Below, one piece after another: positions 11,578 through 23,788 of a stretch of 64,000 nucleotides of DNA (within the stretch, counting starts at the first letter, position 1; every line of letters begins with the position of its first letter). The notes under the pieces are model-generated. The model ran no database searches. It saw only the letters and a list, made by a program, of their open reading frames with translations, and was not told the DNA's origin. A program made the position numbers and the translations under genes. The DNA is taken from assembly GCA_040954595.2 (NCBI GenBank), contig CM082579.2:11149625-11213624 (forward strand), read 5' to 3'. The stretch is from Balanoglossus misakiensis. Its lineage: Eukaryota; Animalia; Hemichordata.

Positions 11578-13566
11578 CTAAAAAAAAGAAAAGTATTGAC
11601 TATACCAGCCAACTAGTCTAGACACAAATTCTTAACTAATGCTGGCCTCCAAAGTCGTTGCTCAACCGAATAAAGATACTGTTCTCAAACCTGTCATGTG
11701 CATGTAGATAGGCCTAAGCGTGGCCCAAGAATTTCTTTCAGAATCGAATACGGGAACGAGAATGCCAGTGTGTTCAGCGCCCTCATACATGTGTATTTTC
11801 CCCAAACTGTATTTGTTTATGTATTTCAGTTCGGGCGTGCGGACTCGTACAAGCATGGCGCACTAGCGGAGCTTTGACGCACCTAAAATGCTGTAAGCTT
11901 ACCGTTACGCGATCGTGCCTCTGCAGTCAACACGTTCTCTCTATTAGTGCTATAAATAATGCAGATTTAGCTGAAAACGTTATATCTTATTAGGATATAG
12001 GGCCTAAGACATTGGGCATTGTGAGCAAGTCGATATACGTGGTGCGACTGTAGGCCCTAACACTCGGATGTAGCATAAACATATAATGTTATTAACTTTA
12101 ACAAGAAATAGAGCCTACCATAATTACAGCGTCGTGCAAGCGTGTTACGATACTGCCCAGAATGTTGAGGTTATGCTATGAACAAAATGATGTTTCTACG
12201 TGCTGTCATTGCTCGGGTCACATTTTGAATTTAGAAGCCATGATTGTTGCACTGAATGCATGCCGGGATTGATTTCGTTGGACTTTAACCAGAAAAGTAA
12301 ACACGACGGTGTCGTGATATACTAGTACACGTACTAGTAATCTTTCAATGATCAAACGTTCTTGACCTGTGGACTGACAGTTCAATAAGCAGCGCGATCC
12401 ACGCAGCTCTTCGTGGAGCGTCTGCAACGCCGCGTCTATCAACAGGTGCTAAACGCTCTTCTCGCCGGAACAGCGGGCACGAATTTCTGGAATTCCATCT
12501 GTGCACCTGTTAAACAACAATGCAATGTAGCAGGTCCAAATATATCTGTAAATATACCAGTAATGTCCTACACATCAACCGACATGAAACGAGAAACGAG
12601 TATGACATATGTATAGCTATAAAACAATCGGTATCATGGTATTTGCCAAAAAATAATGGCCAAGACTAGGCAGACGTCACAGAATAAAAGCAAAGACGGC
12701 TCCGCACCCGCAGCTATAACGGGGAATAACGCAGGACTGTAAAAAAAAAAACGAATGACAGCCCCAACACTCAAAATAATGTCGATAATATTCCATACCT
12801 TTATCATGCTTAGGTTATGCCACTCCGGAAAATATTTTGAAACTTCGACACTCCTAACATCATGATCATATGCGCATCAAAACTCCACTCGGGACAGGCT
12901 ATTTTTGTTTCAAATAACCATGATTAGATTGTGCTATCCCGGCACCGGTATATATTTGAAAGTCCGACATAGCCAACACAAAAACTCCGCTCATGAGGAC
13001 AGTCAGGCTTCCGTTTTGAGGGGGAATGGCTGTATCTGCTAAAATTTAATAAAACGAATGAAATTTTAATTATTGCAATTTAAACAAACCAACTAATGAG
13101 AAAACAGTTTTTAAATTTTGATCGACTTTTAAAATCTGTCTTTTCAAAATCCGAGACACTGTTTTGCCGTACCACGTTTTACAATATTTTGTTCAAACTG
13201 CCATAGGAAATTCGGGGTGAGAAATACCCTTTTAAAGCAAATAAGTTGATAAAACAACCAAATGCTTCAATGTAAACCAAATAATTTTAATGACACACTG
13301 GTCGGCTTCTCAGGATCTGACATTAAAGTGAATGGCAACTAATATTTCGTGTTACACCACGGTCACACCCACGGTCTTCGGTGCATTGTAATGACAGCGC
13401 CATCATTCCTGAAATGCAGGTGAACGTTCGTGTTGTTTTCTTTTCTTTTATGTTTAGTGGCCGGATTCCTTTGTCACGTGAGTAGGTAGTATTCCAGCTC
13501 AGACAAGTCAAGGTGACCGTCACTAGACTCTATCCTGACACTGCAGTATTCAACACCAGCGCGACT

Positions 13567-15712
13567 ATGGTCACCAGTTGCGTCCATACATCCTGCACTT
13601 TCACTTTTAGCAGTTTGGCACTACTTTTTGCCCTCAATTCATTGTTGTTATCAGTAGTCGTGGCACCACCACTCGGTTGGGACGAAGGGGACAACGGACA
13701 CCCCAACAACTCTTGGCATCAAAGTAACGTCATCGACACAGCATTGAAGTACGACGTCTGGCCACATGTCACAGCGTGGGTGAACGTGTCTTATAGCAAA
13801 AACGAGCGTCACAAGATCGTGGTGAGTTCGACAGATCTGGGACGATACGGAACCGGGCCATCTCGTAGTTTTGGCGGTTTTGTCTTGCCGAGTATACCCA
13901 AAGACGCCTGTTCAAGCTTACAGAACAAAGTGGATGTTTCCAAACAGCCATGGATCGCCTTAATTATACGAGGAGGCTGCACATTTACCACCAAAGCAAC
14001 GTACGCAGAACAAGCTGGAGCTATTGGTATTATTGTTTATAACTATTATGGTGATCTGACTACAATGGACTTATCAGGTAAGCTGTGAGTTAAGAGATCT
14101 TGAAAACCTCTCTTGCGAGCGTGACCGTCTTTTAATATTTTGTTATATCTCCAGTACAAGGCAAGTGAATCATCTCAATCATTAAACTTGCAAAGAGTGT
14201 CTTCTGGTAATAATGCCACGGAAAAGAACTATGGGCATTGTTCTGGGTGGGCGAAATGTAACGGTATTTTGGCAACGGTCCTCTGTAAATAATCTCTATT
14301 GTGAGTGTAAACACACGGTTGTATGGAAATCACGGCGTCTCATTCACTCTCACTTCAGTTAGGTTCGTTAGGGAACCAAAGAATGTGACGTAAGGTCTCA
14401 TCAGAATCCGACCAAGGGGGCGATGTATTGTTTCCCAACCCCGGCAGGTTTAACACGTGGACCTGGCACATACGTGGGAGGCATCTGTATCTAGACAATC
14501 AATAGGACGAGAATCAGACCCATTTGAAGTAAAAAGCAAAGTAAAGAATTTTAAGGAAGACCACTAGGAAACTACATAAGCCACACAACGGACAGTTACT
14601 CGTTAATAAAAGCAAAGACTGGTCGAATTTAAAGCAAACCGCATTATTTTAACCATGTCTCATAAAACACGGTGACAGCTTTGACATCTCTGAGTAGTTT
14701 ATGAATGTTTTTTTTAGATCTTTCCTGTTAAACTTGCTTTTGAGTGGACAATCGTAAAACACTGATTCGAGGCCATCAACAATGCACCGAGAACAATTGT
14801 GAGAGGAAAATCGAAGACGTAATTGAATCAATATTCTCTTCAAATCAAATGCTTATTGCACTGATGGAGGGACCGCGCAAAGATGTTGTTTCTTTATTTC
14901 TTTCTTAAGATAGAAGATTCACGGCAACTTCAGTTTCACAGTGCATGTATTAGATCCGTTAGTTCTGTTGGCCTTATGTTGACTTGTATGCATTTACATT
15001 TTGGTTGATCAAGTAGAATTTGGAATTCCAAAAAAGTTAGAAGATGACAAACACCTTTAAGAAAACATTATTGGAAGCGTTAGGTGTTCACTGGATTTAC
15101 GTGCTTATTCATAAATTTAAACATAATGACAAGCAAGCTTGCATAATCTTCTAAGCCTCCTACACAGCTATTCCTTCAGGTTTCGATAAGGTAAAAGTTA
15201 CAGGCGACACTTTTCGAATGATGAGTCTTCATCAAGTTTTTCCGTTTTCTTGAAGAGAATAGTGGTTTCAAAGTAGGGAAAACCTCAAAATATCGCACGT
15301 GCGTTCTACGTATATACCTCTACCTGGATATACATGTACTTCATTTGACTAGCCACTTTAGAAAATCTACTATTTAGTAATTTTATAGCCTAGTTCAAGC
15401 AAGCTTACTGTACTTTTAGACTTTTAGAGCGTGTACCTTTTTATGGTAGATGTGGAGGAGAAACAAAAGTCTATATATGAACTGTCGAATTTATCATCAT
15501 TTTCAGGGTCATCTATACCAGGTGTTATGTTACAGCGAGAGCACACAGAGGTAATGACTTCCGGTTTCCAAGGCGACAATGACGTGTGGGTTGACGTCTC
15601 CATGGCAAAAAATCTAACTCAAGTTCCAACCAACGAGGGCGCTTCTGCGTTCAAATGTTCCCTACCTGTGCTACTTCTGACGATGTGTTTGTTGTCGCTG
15701 AATGTGGTCTAG
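13567..15712 (+). CDS. Secreted/GPI-anchored PA (protease-associated) domain protein of goliath/GRAIL (RNF130/RNF149/RNF150) type, lacking the RING, ~238 aa; exons 13567-14077, 15507-15712
   Basis: Hydrophobic signal peptide (SSLALLFALNSLLLSVVVA). PA hallmarks GRYG, DAC and PWIALIIRGGCTFTTKATYAEQAGAIGIIVYN. Phase-1 GT-AG intron; second exon SSIPGVML...NEGASAFKCSLPVLLLTMCLLSLNVV-stop. Confidence 0.85.
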
Positions 15713-18700
15713 TCGAGAAAGAGGCGCTGCACGTGATCACAGTCTTCTGGTATTTTCAACTATCAAAACGACTTTATTTACATTTTATTTATATTTCATA
15801 TCAAAATCTTTGTACTGTTTTTGGACAACACAACACTGCAAACACGTTTTGAATAATAAGTTAACATTGTGTGTTATATATTCTATGTTCCTGGTCGTTG
15901 CAATAAATATAATATTTAAATGCCCAGTTCTGGGTTTGTAAATTGAATTGTATATACGGTATAAGAGGTAATTTGTGTGAACAAATATTTAAAAACCAGT
16001 TATGGGTCGATGACTGTTACTTGAACATTGAAGTATCGATTTCAATTGATTAACAATGTTTAACCAAAGAATCAACTCAACTATAGATGTCGGATATTCA
16101 TGTCGAGTTGACTAGCTAGTCAACTACATGCACGAACAATCAAAAGTTACGGACGATTCAACCATAGGGGTAACTTTAGAGAATGTAAAACCATATCTAA
16201 TAAATATATACTTTAATACCAGTTACAAACACTTTTGTGTGATCTTATTTGTCATGATATTCATTTTTGTAATGTTGCTTGGTTTGATGACTTGGTTCAC
16301 AAACTTCCCAAAACCTCGAGAGACGTTTCAAGAAGGTTTAAAGTTGGTGCATTTGTGCTTTATTGTCATGACAAGCTGCATACTGTATTTCATCGCACCT
16401 TTTCACGAACAAACGACACCCTCTGTTTTGTGTTAAACACCCAAATTGTGTATCTGATGTCCACCTCATAAAATAAGCACAATCACGATTGTCATAGCTT
16501 CTCAATTTGTCTGATTTTGTCAGTGTTTTTCAGCAACATGACTTTCCCACAAGCTCTCCGTTGGCTACTCAAATACATCACCCTTCTTCCCAAGCCAAGC
16601 CAAGCCAAGCTCAGCATGGACCGGGCAAGCTATATGGAACGGTATGGTCTGTGACTCGACGCTCTGATACAGACGCAGATATAGTTTAACCATAGTCACG
16701 TGTATAAATATTGCACAGATGCATGCTGAAACGCGAAAAAAGTCCCAGCGCCTCAGCTGTAAGAATCCGACGATACACCCCTTTCATAGTTCTGGCAAAA
16801 AGGGTCGACTCAACCTGCGGAGACTGTGTTTAAAGTTTGTCAACGAGAATTTGGTATTGAAAAGGTTCGTTGCAATAAATTAATGTTGCACGAAAGTGAG
16901 ATTTCGAGGTTCCGAGGTCTTCTATCGTCACCCACAACCATCGTAATGATTGAAAAAAATGGGTACGTGTATTTTGACATGAACGCAACAGTCTTGTCGT
17001 CGCCTCTCTGCATCTGTGTCTCGCGCTCAACAAAGTGGACACACGCAGACACAGCAACCTGAAAGCAAAAGAGAAAGATAACCAACGTTTAGGAACTTGC
17101 GAAGATTGAATTATTGGTCAATTTCATAACCAAATTGGAGATGAAATCCAGAAAATTTCCGATTTCAAAAATAGCAAAGATGCATGCTGGCAAATCATGG
17201 CGAAATGCAAGATTTGGACACTGAAGTCTGCAAACACTGTGAGTTGGGAGCGGTTAATTAGTCATGTAGGCCTAATTAACCCCAGGCGTAAATTAACGGG
17301 CTAATTAATGGGCAGGCCAATTTGGTAAGGAACGTGGAAGCAAGTTCCAAACAGGTTTACTTCCAGAGACGGCCTAGAATGCAATGATTTTTATTGCACT
17401 TCAATAACTTTTAGTATTACATATTCATCAACGGTTACAATATTTTATAAGGTAAATATATGAAAGGAAATATTTATGTATGAGGCGATGTTCTAGTTGC
17501 ATTGTCAGTGAAGTTTGCATTCACCCGCCCATGAAAATATCCCAGGGGCTCATTCAAAACAAACAAGGAGGACGGGTTTTAAATGTCGACGTCGGTAAGG
17601 ATGCACGTAGCTTACAGCCTCAACAATTAGATTCGACGGGGGCGACGAATTCTTTCACACTGGCTGGAATCTCCCTTAGCGACTGCGACAACAAGGAGAC
17701 TACAGTATGTTTTAATAATGCCGTGGACGAAGGGGCTATTCACAGGGTTGATCAATAACCACAGATTGGAATGATATCCACAACATTACAACAACTTCAC
17801 ACTTACAGCTTTTGTGTTTATTGCAGCAAAATAAAGGATCGCAATTCCAATCGTATTCTGGGGTTATTATGTGCTGCTGTGAGGATTGACCGCTTGGTTG
17901 ACGAATAATGACTTGGAATTTACCAACGCTGCCCTTCAAAAGACAACAAGTAAATATTACTGTACAATTTTAGGTGTGCCATAGTCCCTGGAAAATAATT
18001 TTTGCTATATACAGTTCTCGTTTACTGTATTAACTTGTGTTACTGAACTTTGTCCCCCTTTAAAATCTCTCCATTTTATTTATCAATAAAGGAAATCACA
18101 TAGGTTGATTACCGTAGTCAAGGGTGGAAATTTAGACATAATTTTTACAAGCACGACGCCCTTCGTTTGAGGGACTGTGTTATAATAGAAATCACAACGT
18201 ATCAACTGGGTCAATAACAATAGACCATACATGCATTGGCATACATATGAGGCCTTACCTGCGTATCGCTTTTGTTGTTGCTAAGAAGGCTTCGAGTTTC
18301 ACATATTTCGTGTTCATTATTATGGCCAACGTCGTCCAGTGATAACTCCTCAAGGCGAAGCTCTTCAGCTGATGAACTGTTTTGTTCCATAGTGGCTCAT
18401 TGTTGACACTGTGTTTCAATTCTAAGTTTTTAGAAGCAAATCACAGACGTATAGTCCCGCAACGACCTTGGCTGAAAAACCGCAGTTCCTGTACATACAA
18501 CTCAACAATGAGTCATAATACTCATAGACTATGCAGGGGAATTTCGTTCGGCCGGTGGTACAGTGACCTCAAAATGACATCTAGGCGTACACTGTACTCA
18601 TATCAGATCCAGTCAGAGGTCTAGCCTATCAGATTCTTCCGATAAACGTGACAATTAGTGAGATATGGCCCCAGGGCAATGTGAAATATTAGAATACATT

Positions 18701-19033
18701 AAGACTTCTTTACCACCGGATCACTGGAATGTTTCTGTCTATGGCCCTGATATATTTTCGATGGTGTATGATACACTTGCAGATTTTTGGTCAACACTTT
18801 TTCGAAGTTATAGGCCTAGGTCGCAGGAATTCGGAGATAAACCGATTAGATCCTAAGCTCTTTGGATTCAGCAGAAGAAATGCGAGGAGATCGCTTTCGG
18901 AAATAGGGTTTCAGCCAGAGGGGCTGCACTCCCCTACCCATCATTTCTTATTATTGACATATTATATATCTCGTGTAAGAAGTGTAAACTTAGGGATACA
19001 GACCACTTCTAAAAATTAAAGGTGTGATCACAG

Positions 19034-19086
<53 letters not shown>
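19034..19086. repeat. (GAT)n trinucleotide repeat
   Basis: Direct inspection. Confidence 0.95.
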
Positions 19087-19500
19087 TTTGTCGATGTATG
19101 TTGTAAAGAACTGTAAAAGAACGTTATAATCGATCGTCACAAAAAAAAACACAGGCCACTCCCGTCTTATAATTATGGTCGCCAAACGTCACTCCCGTCT
19201 CAAAATAAGCATATGTGTTTTGTTTTTTAAATTGACCCTCCCCGGTTAGTGAGCCCCACCCCTTCATAAATAATTCCATTCATGATTGGAATAGATGCAG
19301 TCTTGCGCGAAAGGGACCAGTGGTTGGACCAGGTTGGCCAATATCTCGTGATAGCGCCACCAAGTTGGCAGAGGGGAGGTCAACTGAGTGTAACGATCAC
19401 AATCAGTTGCAGGGCAGAGGCTAACTGAGGACGCCGGAGAGTATTCAGTTGCTCTTGTAACTCACTGAAACGGTTCGCACATCTCCCTAAATATTGCAAG

Positions 19501-22500
19501 ATGCCTGGATTGGAAGATATTGTTTTCCCTGCCATAATTTCAATGGCTGCAGCGTTCCAACTCGGTGAGTGTCGATCGGTTACACACGTTCATGTGTATG
19601 CTTCGGCCTGAGGATAGTGTTTACGGAAGTTAATCATTAATGATCAACATGCATCATGTGTAATTATGTGTACTGTAGTTTATGAACATGTCTTTGTAAT
19701 TATATCAGGGAGTATGTAGCATCGCCAGTGTCAAGCCCCAGGGTAGAGTGTATTTTACACGCAAACACCTGTGATAATCGCACCCGGAACCAGAACAATA
19801 CAAAGTTTTTGAAACCGGATTTCCTTGCTGGTGTTAACCACAACACGTGTGTCGAAGAACATGTTTAGGGAAGTGTATAAAAACACAGTCACAGAAGACG
19901 TTTTATTTATTTTATCACCGGGACACGAAGAAACTCCAGGGCTATTTTGAATTTTGTAGTAAATGCATATGTGGCCTAATGTCATCAGGGAAAGTCCTTG
20001 TGCTCGAATGCTCCTGCCCTGAACACGGATGTTACAAGGATGTGGACCTACCTGGCGTTTTGTGCGCCCCCAGGTCATACGTTTTTGTCGAGTCATTCCT
20101 TCCTCGAGTTCTCTGTTCAGCTGCATGGGGCTAACAATGTAAGCTAAACGTTTAGCTTATAATTTGTTACATTGTTAGCCCAATGCAGGCATTTAAAGTT
20201 TCTGGTGGTGTGATTTCTGTCATTTTAATAGAAGCTCAACTTATAGCACTTTATAGAGAGTGCTCCATTTTTACCTGCTCATCTTTGGGATACACTCATT
20301 TAATTTTGGCTGAGTCATGCCATAATAAAAACAAAAAAACAAAATTGCAGTATTTCTTATGTATATAATGATAATAAATGGCTACACATTATATGCCAGA
20401 AACATGAGAGAAATATTGCATTTTCTTTGTTTTCTAACATTTTTTTAGCTCATATCAATCAGCAAAAGTAAATGAGCATAGCCCAAAAATGGATGAGCGT
20501 GTGTTCTAAGTGTTTTGCTATTCTCATTATGTTGCTGTCTTTGCAAGCAATACCAGCAAAATCCCTGCAAAGGAAATTGGGTACATTATTATCCAGTTGA
20601 ACAAGATCATTGACACAGTTAGATTGATACCATCAAATTTCTTATAACCCATTTCTGGTCTCCCATAAAAATGGGTTATGAGTTCTTAAGGGACTGGTCA
20701 GTTTTTTTGGCTTGGGAGGGGGGGGGTTCACCCTGTTTTGGAATTGGGGGATGGGGGGGGGAACTTTTCCAGGTTCAATGAGGGTGGTCAGTCACTTTTT
20801 TATATCCACAAAATAGAATACCCCCCCCCCCCCCAGCCGAAGAAACTGACCAGTACCTAATGCCTTTCCATGGAGGTAACCATGACAACCCCATCCCATG
20901 TGGAGTGATGAATGCGTAGCAAAGTGTAAAATACTCCAAACTGAACCTTGGAACCTTGGCACCATACTAAGCAGTTTGACCTCAACTGGTGCTGACCTAT
21001 GACTGGACTCGAGATTTATCATAATATATCATCCTCACACAATAAAATTTGTAATGTAGAGTTTCTGGACAGACAACTCTTCCCTAAGCTAAGATTATAT
21101 GCACTTAATGAAGATAGAACAAGGTGATTTCATTAAAGCTGGATTTAACTGAACTCTGTGAATTTTCAAGAAGAAATAATGTGAGAACCAGGGTGTCAGT
21201 GATAGAAGACCATGCCTTTAAAAAAAATTTAAAACTGCTGAGTCATCACATTTTGAAGGGTTTTGAATAAAACTAAACCCTCTTCCACTTTGTCAATATT
21301 TTGTTACAGCATTTTATCAATTTATCTGCTACCCTCATTTGCTGTACAGAATCACTGAAGAATTAAAAAAAAATTGACAAGGCTGTTATTATGAAAATTT
21401 CTTAAAGTTGTAGCACTTCTCTTGAACAAAATTGTTGAAGGAGGCAATATAAAATATGTTCATTGTTTTTTGATTTGCAGGATCATTTGCAGGAGCTGTT
21501 GGGAAACAGAGACAGAAACACAAGATTAGTCCACCAGCAACAACTGGGGCTCCGTCTTTTGAGAGAGCACTGCGTGCACAGTAAGTATAGTCCATCCTTT
21601 GAGATGATCAGCTGTGTCTTGTCCCAATGAATTGCTCTCAATGTTGGTGCAAGCGCAACACAAAATATGACATTGTTATTGTCTTCAGTGTGATTCTGTC
21701 ATTGTATCTCATCAATGTTTAGGTCCCATTTGGTATACATGGAATTTATATATACCATGGTACCTTATGGAATCAGTTAGGTCAAATCCAGCTTGACACA
21801 GTTTCATCTGTTATATCTTCACAGACAGAACACTGTGGAATTCATGCCAATGTTTTTAATTGGCTTGTGGATCGATGCACTCTTTTTTAATCCAGGTATG
21901 TTGTATTCAATAATTATTCAGAAAAGAAAATCCAACCATAGAACCTATAATTTGTGTTCAGTAAACTTAGAATGTGGGTTTGAAAGGGGTTCAGTAAATT
22001 TACAAACTGGATGTGAATAAAAGTTGATAAGTAAATTTACAAAGTTGGTTTGCGAAGAGTTGGTGAAAGTTAGCCTCAACGTACCGGTAGTACCCAACCT
22101 AGTTTCTCCATTTACCCATTCTTTACTTTCAGAGATTTTTCATGCACTTTTAAGAAGTTTCTTGAAAAACCTCGCCAAAATGAATAATCGGTCTCTACCA
22201 TTTATTCATTTTGGGCAAGTTTTTACTCTCATATCCTACAAACGGGATGGAAGTTGTGTGTGGTTGAACGCTGATTCACTATATCTCCACATGTAGAATA
22301 ACATAAATGGTGTCTTGTATCAAACATACAGGTAATTAATGGAAAAGGGGCAGCGAGAGAGAGAGAGACTTTGTCCCTTGAATTTTCCTTCAAATTAGCA
22401 TTAGGGTGTATCTTCGGTAACCAGCTAAACTTATCTTGTGACTAATCTCTCATTTTAAATTAAAAAAAACAATGAAAAGTATATCTCAGATGTTTATATA

Positions 22501-23186
22501 GGAGATCAGTGGAAGATTTGAGTCGAGAAACTCTGTAATGTTCTGTTGGTTGTAATTCCCTTTCAGTGGTAGCTTCTGTGATTGGGGCAATATATCTGTA
22601 TGCACGTGGAAAATATTTCACCAGCTATGTCGAGGATGCAGAGAAAAGGTAATTTCATCTTCGTGTGTAGAGGCAAGAACAGGTCTATGGTTAGCACCTC
22701 TTCAGGTTTGCAAATAGTGACAAATTGCATCTCACTTGTTCATGTAAATAGTGGGATTGCCTTTGCTGCTGAAAACCTGTTCAATTTTCTGTAGAAGACG
22801 TCTATTGTAACAAGCATATTTGTCCATAAGACTTTGGTGCCCATGGCCATTGTTTACCTATATGAAGAGAAATGGTTTACCAATCGCTGAGCCCCCGTCC
22901 CCCTATATAAAATAGCGTACCCCTAACTGGAGTTTCTCAAAATAACATTCTGTCTTGTACCTCTTTGCAGTTTATTGTTTACTTTGTTGTATTAAATGCA
23001 ATATTTTCTTTTGAACAAATCTTTTCTGTTTCCAGAATGCCACCTTTCAAGATATGTGTGAAGATGGTGCAGATCTTTTTCGTTCAGAGTAGTTTGGGCA
23101 TAACACAATGTTTACTACTGAAATACGCAGGCTTCAATTTGAAAGAAACTGCTTTCAGCTATCTACCATTCACACCACCTCTATAA
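19501..23186 (+). CDS. MGST2: Microsomal glutathione S-transferase 2 / LTC4 synthase-like MAPEG protein, ~155 aa; exons 19501-19564, 21481-21580, 21825-21895, 22567-22648, 23036-23186
   Basis: Spliced product contains [25 protein letters not shown] (MAPEG signature) and [10 protein letters not shown]...EKR. Five GT-AG exons, 468 nt in frame. Confidence 0.9.
20690..20857 (-). mobile_element. MITE family C copy 3, TAA TSD (PIF/Harbinger-like), in MGST2 intron 1
   Basis: TAA|GGGACTGGTCAGTTT...AGAAACTGACCAGTACC|TAA. Internal sequence is the reverse complement of the 2753 copy. Confidence 0.85.
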
Positions 23187-23604
23187 GCAGAATCGCACAA
23201 AAACAGAGGAAATTTGGGGACCAATAGCTTCAAGTATTATTGTGATATGAATTTTTAGAAATCAGTCAGCTCAAGCAGTATCCCGTTATATGTTATCTGC
23301 ACAATTAGCACAAGAATTTTGTTTTGCAATTTTGTTAACATTTTCCACTTTCAGCTTCAAAAATTGTACTCTTTTAGATAGTGACATTTGAAATTATTAG
23401 ATTACATTTTATTCAACATTATAACAATGTAAATCTGTAATCTGTATAAACACATGCTTGAGGAAGTGATCATGACTGCGTTAGTCCAGGGTGTGCAGTA
23501 AAGGACAAATGTTTAGGGGTAATTTTTACAAAAAGCCAACATGAATCCATATCAATGACTTATGTTTGTGTCACGCCAATATTACAGCAGTTTGCAGAAA
23601 TTAA

Positions 23605-23788
23605 AGGTAAACGGTCACCTATGGAAAATTAACTATAGTTACCATGGCGAATTGAGATCTAGCCAATCACAGATTTTCAGTGGGTGGCACACAAAAAAAA
23701 AGAGCGCCACCATATGTTCTTTAGAATGTTCAAATACTCCATTTCAGCCATATATGGGCATATGTAAATTGGAGGTGACCGCATACCT
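23605..23788. mobile_element. Kolobok-like MITE with TTAA TSD
   Basis: TTAA|AGGTAAACGGTCACCT...AGGTGACCGCATACCT|TTAA. Confidence 0.75.

Noticed and set aside
11898-11960. Donor site at 11902 as the coding first exon of sialyltransferase C
   Set aside because: In-frame TGA and no ATG; at most a non-coding exon.
16128-19019. Several 60-100 aa ORFs in the PA gene-MGST2 intergenic region, including a hoped-for RING exon
   Set aside because: No RING-H2 Cys/His pattern, no recognisable domain and no consistent exon chain.
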